DNA from: Bispira polyomma
Taxonomy: Eukaryota
Direction of reading: 5' to 3'
Length of the DNA stretch: 64,000 bases
Assembly (NCBI GenBank): GCA_965649765.1
Contig: OZ287755.1
Span: 52,390,001-52,454,000 of the forward strand
The translations under genes were made by a program, and so were the position numbers. Each line of letters begins with the position of its first letter. Within the stretch, counting starts at the first letter, position 1. Positions 52,578-62,840 of this stretch are shown one piece after another. The notes below the pieces were generated by a model. The model did not search any database. It was not told the DNA's origin and worked only from the letters and a program-made list of their open reading frames with translations.

Positions 52578-52678
52578 CCTATGCCTCCAATGATGCTGAC
52601 ATTTCTGACAAAGACACTTACAATACTGTGGTACGAGCGGGAAACGGTTACAAACAGATTGGGAAGGCCTTTGTGGAA
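52527..52678 (+). CDS. Constant exon C2 (VTIHLGYLLRHYNVPLISYASNDADISDKDTYNTVVRAGNGYKQIGKAFVE)
   Basis: tttcag| acceptor, GAA|gtaagt donor; NVPLISY...SDK..Y.T..R motif typical of rGC/NPR ectodomains; phases fit (1 to 0). Confidence 0.9.
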
Positions 52679-53029
52679 GTAAGTGTAGCCAGACACATGT
52701 TAGCTCTGTGACTCCTCTTTGTAAGTAGTAGTGCCTGGGGTTAGAATTTGGCACAACTACAACAGTTTGCAAAAGCTGGTCTTACAGGTTATACCGTTCA
52801 ACAACATTTCATATTCTTTTTTTATCATTTTTTTAAATTTGGAGAAAAAGAAATGTTATTCACATCATGATTGGGTCAGTTTTGTGACTTTTGGAGTACG
52901 GTTTCAATTCAGTTCATTTTCTGCAAGAATAAAGTTTGTGCCTGTGAATTCAGGAATAAGTATAATTTCAGGACCCAATATAGAAGTTTTTGAGATGCAT
53001 ACATATGGAGTGTCAATTTTTGGAATCCG

Positions 53030-53485
53030 GGAAAATTGACCAAGAAAATCAATCTCCTAGAAAACTGGTCTTCTAGAAAACTGACCTCACCTAAATTTGT
53101 GAGGGTGAAAAATTGTCCCCCCTGGAGTTTTATTTTAATGATAATGGAAAATGCCTTGGTTATTACATCATTCCCTACCTATGGTGATTAAAAAATTCGA
53201 AAGGTTTTTCATTGTAACTCTCATAGTTTCTTCAAATCTCTTTTTGTAACATCAAAGGTAACATTATTTGAATGTAATTACTATTACCTATGTGATTAAT
53301 GTATTGTCAATGTAATAAATGTGTTATGCTTTTTTAGTTAGTCTTTAGTCTACTGCAATTTTCCCTTTAAAAACCTTCAGGGAGGTCAATTTTCCACGCC
53401 CACAAATTTGAGGGAGGTCATCTTTCTAGGACTAGGAGGCCAATTTTTTTAGGTCAAGTTTCTAGGAAGTCAGTTTTCTTTTTCA
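53030..53485. mobile_element. Foldback element with long imperfect inverted repeats
   Basis: agaaaactg...aaatttgtg...aaaattg (53040-53130) mirrored at 53370-53480. Confidence 0.55.
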
Positions 53486-53969
53486 AAAATGTACTCTGTG
53501 AACCATTGTGTCAAATGTTAATGGGTACACTATTGCACTAAAATGCTTCCCTGTACACGATAACAAATTGATATAAAAAATTTCTAAGTTTTACAGGACT
53601 TCAAATAATTTACAGCCATGATCATTTTTTTTTTGTTCAGTCATATTTTCATAACAAAGCCTTCTTGCAATGAGATATTTTTAATATGAAGAGGCTGGAT
53701 GAAAAACATTAACAAGAATGATAATGATAGAATGCTTGTTGTGTATGGTCAAAAACAGTCTATTTAAAAGCCTTTTGATTTGTTTCAGAAAGTGTGGACG
53801 GCTTTTAATATTATAATGTCTGTAGCATTAATTATGTTACCACTGCCTGATAAGATTAAATCGTATATCAATTGAGGTTTGACTGAAGTCATAACAGAAT
53901 TTATAAGTTCACTTTGCATGTCGTTATACATTAGACAAGTAAATAAGTAATTTTCTATTTTTTGTGAAG

Positions 53970-54066
53970 ATATTTAAAGCTTTCAAGTGGCAGACAGTAT
54001 CTATACTAGCTAGAGATGCGGGATTGTGTTACTATGGGGTGGATTACATCAAAGATGCTTTTAAAG
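53970..54066 (+). CDS. Constant exon C3 (IFKAFKWQTVSILARDAGLCYYGVDYIKDAFK)
   Basis: aag| acceptor, G|gtgaac donor; F-x-W-x-x-V motif; phases fit (0 to 1). Confidence 0.85.
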
Positions 54067-54765
54067 GTGAACCCATTCATCTCTTATCAAACAAATGATT
54101 TACAGTATTTATAAAAAATGTGCGTAAAAGGATATAAGAATTGTGAGAGAACATAATGCTTAATTTTTTTGCGCGCCAACATTTGATACTATTCCAAAAG
54201 GATTTTGTTGAATTGCACTGACGCTCAATTGTCTCTATGCTAGCGATGCAGTAATTGCATGTACTAGAATCCATTATTTTCCATCTGTGAAGATTATTTG
54301 GAAAATAAGATTAAAAGGATATAACAAATACTAACACTATGGCACTAGTAATTATGTTATTCTTTTAGGTGAATGGCACATAAAAAAATATAAAAATACC
54401 AAGCAGATATATTTTTTTTTTCGAATTTTTGTAAGTCCTTTGCAGAAAAATTAAAAACCATTAAATTTGGACAAATTTGATAGTTTTGAAAATGTTTTTG
54501 GTGTTCTTTCTGAAGAGCTTTGCCTTTAGTAGTTAGTTTTGACGTATGTTATGCCATTGGTATATTAGTATTATCTTTTACTGCTCAGTCTTTTAATACT
54601 TCATTTTAAAGCATGTTATGCTATTGGATTATTAGTATTAGCTGTTACTGCTCAGTATAGAATCTTCATTAAAAAATTTGTTGTCAAAATGTTCTTCACT
54701 CTACTGTAAAGAATAATGTAAGAAACAAAGCCAAAGATTGCTATAATGGTGGATTCTACTAGCTG

Positions 54766-54805
<40 letters not shown>

Positions 54806-54949
54806 TATTTAATAATGCAGTTAAAACAATATATTGTTTTGTAGTAGTAGTAATTTGCATAATGTAAACCCTTTTGTTAAAAATAATTGAGGCATCAATA
54901 AATAAAATATAAAAACAAAAATAAGAACTGAAATATTTCTTTTTACCAG

Positions 54950-55048
54950 ACAATGGCTTGTTTGTGGCTGAGTTCAATGTTGTGGGACAAACGGTCACAG
55001 ATGATGAATTACTGAGGTATCTGATGAACTTCAGAGACAGAGCCAGAG
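54950..55048 (+). CDS. Constant exon C4 (DNGLFVAEFNVVGQTVTDDELLRYLMNFRDRAR)
   Basis: ttttaccag| acceptor, G|gtatct donor; ends in the conserved 'aR(vii)' motif; phases fit (1 to 1). Confidence 0.87.
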
Positions 55049-55470
55049 GTATCTATTATTACATATTCATTTATTATAGTCACATAGTATATATACAAAC
55101 AAGAAATGAAATGTTATACATTGACAAGCGCTAATAGGCTTATTAGTCACTATTAATCTTATTAAAATGGCAGTTTAACACTAACTATACATAAATTGCT
55201 TAAAATTTATTAGAAAGTATCAAACTTCTGTTTTCCCACATTTCTGATACAAAATTACCTACTAATTTAATTTTATCATTACACATTATTTGATGAAACT
55301 GGACTGGGGCGGCTTTATATAGAGCTAGCCAACATGATAATAAGTACAGGAGGAACTTAGCCACTCAATTAACCCAATGAGCTTTTACTTACAAATATGA
55401 AGACAACTGCTGAGTCATATCTATATATAAAGGAAATAAATATCTCTGTATGGATTCTAGAGAAAGGTAC

Positions 55471-55638
55471 TACCCTAAACTCCCTCGTAATAGCCCATGG
55501 GCTTTTAACTTGAACTTAAGGAAATGTAGGGAATGGGCGCTAAAGAGAATGTGGTGTTTTCATTCAAAATTTTAACAATATTTATAGAAAACTAGGGGTG
55601 GACTGAAAGCATGGGCTATTACGAGGGAGTTCAGGGTA
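55471..55638. mobile_element. MITE with ~29-bp terminal inverted repeats
   Basis: taccctaaactccctcgtaatagcccatg ... catgggctattacgagggagttcagggta. Confidence 0.8.
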
Positions 55639-55738
55639 ATTTTTTCTATTTTCTTCCCTATGTTTTGTGGTTTAATTGTTGACTAATGTGAGTACACTGT
55701 GCACACTGTATGTCTTGCCATGTTTCTATCTCTTGTAG

Positions 55739-55941
55739 TCCTCATCGTGTGCCACAGTAACAGTCTCATCATGCGCCTCCTGGAGCTTGCCCAGGAGCAG
55801 GGTATGGTGACTGCTGAGTTTGCCTACTTCACCTTCAGCCTGATGCCTGGGGATTATACCCTGGAACCGTGGGGCAGCACAGAGGGGCTGAATGAAGAGG
55901 AGATACAGCACAGGAGGGACCTCTATCAACACCTCAAAATA
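55739..55941 (+). CDS. Constant exon C5 (VLIVCHSNSLIMRLLELAQEQGMVTAEFAYF...YQHLKI)
   Basis: tcttgtag| acceptor, ATA|gtgggt donor; 'A...GM...eyvF' motif of NPR/rGC; phases fit (1 to 0). Confidence 0.9.
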
Positions 55942-56089
55942 GTGGGTGCTTTACTGCATGCTTTTTGTGTTATGTGTAAACTGTATTTGTGTTGATACAT
56001 ATACATGAATATGAAAGATAAATCTCTATCAACACCTCTAAATATATGTATTACAAGTATATTGTCAGGTAAAAGATAACTCTACTTAC

Positions 56090-56152
56090 ACCTCAAAATA
56101 GTAGGTGCTTACCTCAAAATAGTAGGTGCTTACCTCAAAATAGTAGGTGCTT
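56090..56152 (+). repeat. 3 x 21-bp perfect repeat copying the C5 exon end and donor
   Basis: acctcaaaatagtaggtgctt x3 vs exon end acctcaaaata|gtgggtgctt. Confidence 0.9.
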
Positions 56153-56605
56153 ACTGCTTGTGCTCTATGTGTTATGTGTAAATTGTATTTGTATTTACAT
56201 GTATATTACAGCACAAAAAATCTGTATCAACACCTCTGAAGTAGTACTAGGGGCTTACTGTGTAAATTGGATTTGTGTTAATACATGTAGAATTGATGTT
56301 TTACTTTTTTTTGGTGCTGATAAAAATCAATATTTATTTATTTTGGATTCTAAAACATCAAATGTCCATTTATGTATGGAGTACACATGTGTGCTCAGAT
56401 TTAAATAATTTTCTGCATTTGTAATCAAAAAACTTGTTTCGGTTAATTTTATATGAACATATATGTTCTGTTTAAAGCATTTGTACAATATTTAGATGAG
56501 ACCTTGCAATGTAATGAAGCTGTGGCATCATACTTTACAGTTTTTGTTTCAAATTGTAAAGTTATATTGGTTTGTATAAATAAATGTAACAACTACATTT
56601 TCCAG

Positions 56606-56719
56606 GCTACTCCAGCCAATATGACAGGACCAGACAAAGATGCCTTCATGCAGGAAGTCTCTGATAGGATGGCAGAGCATCCGTGGTATGTGAATACCAG
56701 CAAGGAGCTTGGTGTCCCT
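56606..56719 (+). CDS. Constant exon C6 (ATPANMTGPDKDAFMQEVSDRMAEHPWYVNTSKELGVP)
   Basis: tttccag| acceptor, CCT|gtaagt donor; 114 nt, phase 0-0; F..eV..r....Pf-like motif. Confidence 0.88.
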
Positions 56720-57085
56720 GTAAGTACTAAAATATTCAAATTATTTGAGTTTTGTATCATGAAGTATCATTGGCTGTTTAGGCGATATGAAGGAATTCGA
56801 TTGGCTAAAACTACATAAAAATTACTAGTAGGTGCAAAGTGTGCCAGTGTGAGTGTTTGCTTTAAAATGCTTTTAGTTTTGTATCAAGGATTGTCATTGG
56901 CTGGCTGTGTCCCTGATTCTGATTGGCCGAAAGCTTCAGTAAAAATAACCATATACCCATAGACGGAAAGAGACTAATTTTGTCCATAACATACTGTATG
57001 TCCAGTGAATATAGTTCCTTCAATTACACAATTATGCAGTTAAAAAGCTAGAATCAGGTAATAATTTTAATTTGTCATATTAGAA

Positions 57086-57208
57086 TAGGAATAACCCATT
57101 CCAAAGCATGGTATACAGTAATTTTTATCACTCTTCGCCTTTGTGTTACTTGGCCTCCAATCGTGATAAAAATTACCGTATACCATGCATTGTCATTGGT
57201 TATTCCTA
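57086..57208. mobile_element. Palindromic non-autonomous element
   Basis: taggaataacc...gcatggtatacagtaatttttatcac / gtgataaaaattaccgtataccatgc...ggttattccta. Confidence 0.7.
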
Positions 57209-57469
57209 AAATCATCAGCAAGGAGTTTGGTGTTCCTATTAAGTATTCACATTAAAATTCTTTGTTTTGTGAGCTTTGTATAAACATGTATCATTAGCTG
57301 GTTAATATGTGGGACACAAGTTGATTGGCTAAAACCTGTGGTCTCCCATGGCCATGTGGTTGGGAGGTTGGTTTGGTGATCAGTAGGTCCCAGGTTTGAC
57401 TCGCACTGGTGCCATAATGATTACCGCACCAGGCCTCAGTTTGTCCCCTCATGTATATATAATATATAT

Positions 57470-57750
57470 ATGTGACCACCCTAGTCTCTAGTAGTTAGTG
57501 AGTTGGTCTGGTGATCAAAAGGTCTCGGGTTTGACTCCCGGTGCCTGTCGCTAGTTTTATTTGGCGAGATAACATCCTTGGGCAAGATGTAAACTTAGTG
57601 GCTCGGATGATCACTTAAAAATGATGGTCCTCTGTTATTGAGTTCTATCTCCAGTGGTAGGGCGAAGATCCTTAATGACATATTTAAATGGTCATCGTCA
57701 AGCCTCGGCACCCATAGTGATTGCTCATAAGGAAGCACTTTTGAAATGAT
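57470..57750 (+). mobile_element. tRNA-derived SINE family C (inverted copy at ~62220-62450)
   Basis: gataacatccttgggcaagatgt and ttctatctccagtgg shared in opposite orientation with 62320-62420. Confidence 0.7.
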
Positions 57751-57808
57751 CATATGTCATATAAGTGCACTGTAACATAAATATCCTATATTCTATATAT
57801 TCCATTAG

Positions 57809-57944
57809 GGCTCTCCGTACAGTTTGTACCTTTATGACTGCATGTGGCTCTACCTACTGGCTGTCAACGAGTCTCTTAATGAGGGCCTGGATCCCAGGAA
57901 TGGAACCCTTATCTTTGATAAAGCCAGGAACAGGATCTTTGAGG
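57809..57944 (+). CDS. Constant exon C7 (GSPYSLYLYDCMWLYLLAVNESLNEGLDPRNGTLIFDKARNRIFE)
   Basis: ttag| acceptor, G|gtaact donor; LYD..LY..A.Ne and NG..I....N..FeG motifs. Confidence 0.92.
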
Positions 57945-58826
57945 GTAACTGAAGTGGTTGTAAAGTTAGAGTCACATGCAGAATATACTAAATATTAACA
58001 AAATGTTAATTATTTTTTGTTGGTCTTTAAAAAACAATAGTTATATGTCATCAAACTTTGGACAATCTGAGTAATATATATTACACATCAATACTTAACT
58101 GTTTATAAGACACATTTGTCAACATGTTATTATTAAACAGTTTATGTGTGTTGTATAGTATGGTATCCTGATCACTTAGGGATCAAATCCTTAACACACA
58201 CAACTGGCTTCTGATGATCAATGCTTTGTCATAAAACTGTTTCTATTTTTTAGAACACCAGGGGCAGTATATACTAAAGTTCTTATACTTAAAATAAGAA
58301 GCATTGTTATACTTAGAATAAGAAGCATTCTTATATTTAGAAAATTTTGAATTTTAAAAATTGTGAATAGAAACCTAATTTAGGTAAGGTTTTTCTTAGA
58401 ATAAAAGCTCAGTCTTAGTAAATACCAAAAATTTTTATTCCAAGTATAAGAACTTTAGCGAATGTGTTGGTCATCAGTTTGGCACTATATATAAACTGTT
58501 TATTAATGGGCGTTACAAAATATTATTTTCTCACAGTGACATCACAGACATAACACGTCATCTTAGTGAGCATAATAACCTCTATTATCCAAAACATGAA
58601 GGAAGAGCCACATTTTGTTTGTATAATAAAAATGTTCATAAAATAGAACAGGTATTTAAGTATAAAACTATAAATTTAGGAAAGTGGAAATATTTTCATA
58701 AAATCTAATAATCAGACTATGGAAGTTCCGATAATAGAAGTTCTGTTGTATTTTTTAATATTTGGGGTCCATCCCTTGTAGCTAACGTCCAATCTAACTT
58801 TAAATCCCTTGTATTTTTATATCCAG

Positions 58827-58957
58827 GCGTCTCTGGAGAAGTAATCATGGATAACGTTGCAGACCGGATCCCGAACTACTGGCTGTGGCAGATCCAGCCC
58901 GGAGACAAGCAGTTCTCTTACTTTGCTACACTGAGAATGATTTCAGAGGAAGGGAAA
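58827..58957 (+). CDS. Constant exon C8 (GVSGEVIMDNVADRIPNYWLWQIQPGDKQFSYFATLRMISEEGK)
   Basis: atccag| acceptor, AAA|gtaagc donor; G.sG.V.mD..gDR motif. Confidence 0.92.
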
Positions 58958-59689
58958 GTAAGCAGCATATATATATCTCTCTCTCTCTATATATATAGAC
59001 TACTTCTGGTATATGTGAACAGATTGAGGGTGTGTGTGTGTGTGTGATCAATGTTTTGTAAAGCAATGCTCTACAGGGGATAAAACCCAGTAACAGCAGG
59101 AACAATCCACATGACCATCAGCCCGAGTTAAACAAGTATTCAGTTGGGCCACCCATTTATTCGTGGTTGTTGGATCAGCAGACTGGTTACATTTCAGAAC
59201 TTTTGTAACTTAAATTCCAATATCTAGTTTTAAAAAATACTTGACCCAGAAAGGTCAACATGTTACATGTATATTAAACTTTGATTAATTTAATAATAAT
59301 ATTTCATCACATAATTGACCCCGGATGGTCAGAACCTATCACGTTTATGTCTGACCAGTAAGTTTTGAGAGTTGCAAGTCCTGCAGTTTGCCAACTATTT
59401 TATATTAGTGTCATACACTGGAGGGGATAAGACCCAATGACTATTTTTATGTGGTCTTCTAAGCAACTATGCATCTGCCTGCACCTAGGAGCCCTAGTCT
59501 CTAGATCAAACTAAACTAAACCACAGTAATTAAATATACATATACCTGTACATACATCCATAAATGTCTGCAATTCAACCCAATAGCTAGTGAATCTTAA
59601 ACATTTAGATATCAATTTAGCACATATACCGTCTCCTAATATATCCAGAGTGTGTTCAATCCATGTATCTCTATTTTTATTGATTTTAT

Positions 59690-59970
59690 GGTGGTCTCTG
59701 TGGCCTAGCAGTTACAGTGTCAGACTTTGGATCAGAATGATTTAAGGCTCTCAGTTCAGTCCTCGATGCTGGCCGAGTGATCGTACCCTTGGAGAAGGTA
59801 TTTCACACAAAGTTGCCCCTCCTCTGCCCAGGTATATAAATGGGTACCTGGCCTTTAATGGGTGTTAGTCTTTGTGCACCGCATGCAACAGCATGGCTAG
59901 TATTCTTCCTAAGGAAGCTGAGACTGAACAACCCAGCCTGAGTGATGTAAACTGTAAAGTCGGCTTAGAC
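59690..59970 (+). mobile_element. tRNA-derived SINE family B (inverted copy at ~31020-31230)
   Basis: tRNA-like head, central caggt(a/g)tataaatgggtac motif; reverse-complement copy at 31020-31230. Confidence 0.7.
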
Positions 59971-60037
59971 CTCAACAAAGGTGAATTATTAGACTATAAA
60001 GCTACCCACATTTACACACATTTACATTTTTGTTTAG

Positions 60038-60146
60038 AGAGTCTACTTTTCCAAAGAGCCTTACTGGGGTACAGAAGACGGACAACCTCCACCTAATGAA
60101 CCAGTGTGTGGTTACAGACACGAACTCTGTCCTCCCAGCACTAAAG
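60038..60146 (+). CDS. Constant exon C9 (RVYFSKEPYWGTEDGQPPPNEPVCGYRHELCPPSTK)
   Basis: tttag| acceptor, G|gtatat donor; W...PP.xPxCG....C extracellular juxtamembrane motif of receptor guanylyl cyclases. Confidence 0.92.
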
Positions 60147-60580
60147 GTATATGGAATGATTAGGTCACAAGTTTAATGGCAGGATATTAAGCCTTTCAAC
60201 CAATATGTTGTTGGCAAGCAATGAACAGCATTTGTTACTCCCAGAAGTAGTCGACACATCAAAAATATTGTTTTATTTTCCTCTTCAGTTCCTCTTAATA
60301 GGAAATTGTTAGTACAGCAGACTTCTTTGTTTAAAAAAATCTAATGTGAGGTCGTTATTGAATGCAGTAAGTAGTCTGTGGTCTGTCTTTTTAGTGACTC
60401 CAGCTATCTATAACCTATTACCTAAACAATTTCCTTCAGTTTCCCGCAATAGTTCTCTCTTGTGGTAAAAATCGGTTGGAGCATCCTTCAAGTGGATGGG
60501 CAGAATGTGAACAACGAGGCTTGCTTGTAAAATAGGTGTATCTATGGGTAGAAATCAAATTGCTACTTAATTAGAAGCCA

Positions 60581-60771
60581 CAGTAGAACCTTTATTATCC
60601 GACCTTCTATTATCCAAATATTCCATTTTACGAGCTCAATTTCACTCTACCAAACTTATTTTTTGCTATTGTTTATTACTAAATGCCACTTATATTCTAA
60701 GGACCTTCAATTATCCAAACAAATTGTCACTCTCCCAAGATGTCTGTAAAATAGAAATAGAGATTTTACTG
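60581..60771. mobile_element. pogo/Tigger-like MITE
   Basis: CAGTAGAACC...TTTTACTG termini; near-identical to 62000-62183. Confidence 0.75.
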
Positions 60772-61345
60772 TACTTATTTTGCAATTAGATATTTTCTGT
60801 TTTACTTTTTTTTACAATTAATGACTTGGTGTAGTGTAAGGGTGAAAATATCTAATCCTTCATCAAAAACCAATAAAAAGGTGCTTTGCATGCAGAAATA
60901 ATTAGAGATATTTGCCAGGCATTGTACACACAAGTGCAACACATCGAGGTCATACCTCATTTGTTGGCATTTTACCTGAAAATGATGATCTTGACCTGAA
61001 AAATAATTCAGTAACCACTCTTCACAGAAACTTCACATATTTTGCAAACATTTTTATTAGAGGCTATACACATGTGCAGCATCCTGCTGTGATCTAGTTT
61101 GACCTATGACATTGCAGCAATGACACTTAACCAAAGCCTATATATGTCAGTAACTACAAAACTTGTCTAAAATTTCATGCAGATACAAGTTAGGGAATAT
61201 ATAGATATTTGTTCCCTTCACTGATTGAATGTTCAAGTATTTCACCCCAAAGGGCGAGGAGTTTTAACACTATCTCTAATACTCTTTTACTTAACCTTAA
61301 AAACATTCCACTCAATTACTTTTCACATATCTTTTGTCTCCTCAG

Positions 61346-61427
61346 GCAGAGATGCGGCACTAATCGGTGGCTTCTGTGGTGCAGCTGTTCTAATTATTGT
61401 CGCCTTTACTGTCTTCATCATTTACAG
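61346..61427 (+). CDS. Constant exon C10, transmembrane helix (GRDAALIGGFCGAAVLIIVAFTVFIIY)
   Basis: ctcctcag| acceptor, AG|gtaagt donor; ~23-residue hydrophobic stretch followed by basic residues in the next exon. Confidence 0.92.
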
Positions 61428-61999
61428 GTAAGTGCTGAGTCTTTCTTGGCTTTCTGTTTGTTTTTACAACTTTGCTATGTATATTCCTGCAGGTACAAGT
61501 GTTGGTGAATCCATGCGACCCTACAAGAGCACTCAGGAGAGTACATACCTCTGCCAAGTCACACGAGTGCTACAAATTTAACACTTTCGAGACCTATGTT
61601 GTTGGCAAGCAGCAAACGACAATTGTTACTCGCAGAATCTATTGTCTGTCCAAAAGCAATCAACAACCCAAAAATATTATTTACTTTTTTTCCTTCAGTT
61701 CCTCGCAGTAGGATAATATTGGTTACACCAGACTTCCCCTGTTTAAAAAAAAAATTATATGTAAGGTACTTATTTAATGCTGAAAGTAGTTTTGGGTGTA
61801 TGTGTTAGTGAATTCAGCTATCTGTAACCTTTTGCCGAAATATTTCGTTACAGAGTCACTAATGATACAAAAGCTAATTTTCTGCTGTTATTACAGTCAA
61901 AACTCTATTATCTGAACATTTAGAGAGAGCAATATTTTGTTTGAATAGTAGAAGGTTCATAAATAGAAGAGGTTCTTTAGTATAAAAGGTACTTTGGTA

Positions 62000-62183
62000 C
62001 AGTAGAGCCTCTATTATCCAAACTTCAATTATCCAAATATTTGATTTTACGAACTCAATTTAACTCTCCCAAACTTATTTTTTGCTATTTTTTATACTAA
62101 ATGCCACTTCTATTTTACAGACTTTCCATTATCCAAACAAATTGTCAATCTCCCAACATGTCCGTAAAATAGAGGTTTTACTG
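62000..62183. mobile_element. pogo/Tigger-like MITE with TA TSD
   Basis: ta|CAGTAGAGCCTCTATT...AATAGAGGTTTTACTG|ta; partial relatives at ~61894-61980 and ~58575-58750. Confidence 0.8.
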
Positions 62184-62581
62184 TATAAACAAATAGGATG
62201 ATGTAAATTCAGGAGAGTGAGCGTGTGGTCCTAAAATTGAATATGCGCTTCCCCATCTGCAGCCACTACAAAGGCTTGAGGATGACCATTTATCAACGTC
62301 CCCTGACGATCTTTAGCCTGCCACTGGAGATAGAATAGTGCCAGAGGACTGCCATTTTAAGTGGTCATCTAAACCACAAGGCAAACGAGTGTTCACATCT
62401 TGCCCAAGGATGTTATCCCACTAATCCGGTGCTGGTAATCGAACCTGAGTTTATAGGGGAAAATATTTGGTTAATAGAAGTTTCGATTATAAAGATAATA
62501 ACATTTCTCCATTTTGAAGAATGACTGTGCTCATTTCATTGGTTTTGCTGTTTCAATTGGCTGATATAACCATCTTTTTAG

Positions 62582-62675
62582 GCGTAAGAAGTTTGAAGAA
62601 GATCTGCAGAAAATGACTTGGAAGATTCCGTTTGAAGAGATAGAATTCAGTGTCAAGAAAGGTGCAGGTAGTTCG
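62582..62675 (+). CDS. Constant exon C11, cytoplasmic juxtamembrane (RRKKFEEDLQKMTWKIPFEEIEFSVKKGAGSS); gene continues beyond window
   Basis: tttttag| acceptor, TCG|gtaagt donor; resembles the NPR-A/B 'ExELxxMxWxIxxEEl' segment preceding the kinase-homology domain. Confidence 0.9.
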
Positions 62676-62749
62676 GTAAGTACATCTCCATTGTTACTAA
62701 GAGTGGACAAATATGGTAAAAAAATCAATATATCCCACTATAGTGTTTC

Positions 62750-62840
62750 TATTTTGTATTTTTAAAAATTTTGTATTTTTAAAAATTTTGTATTTTTAAA
62801 AATTTTGTATTTTGAAAAATTTTGTATTTTTAAAAATTTC
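62750..62840 (+). repeat. Short AT-rich tandem repeat (attttgtatttttaaaa)n
   Basis: About 5 copies visible. Confidence 0.85.

Noticed and set aside
61493-61545. Alternative cassette exon after the TM exon
   Set aside because: An acceptor-like cctgcag is present but there is no convincing donor or conserved peptide; better explained as duplication debris
50638-62675. Assigning a gene symbol such as NPR1/NPR2 or a specific ligand
   Set aside because: Family is clear but orthology needs the kinase-homology/cyclase domains (outside the window) and a phylogeny
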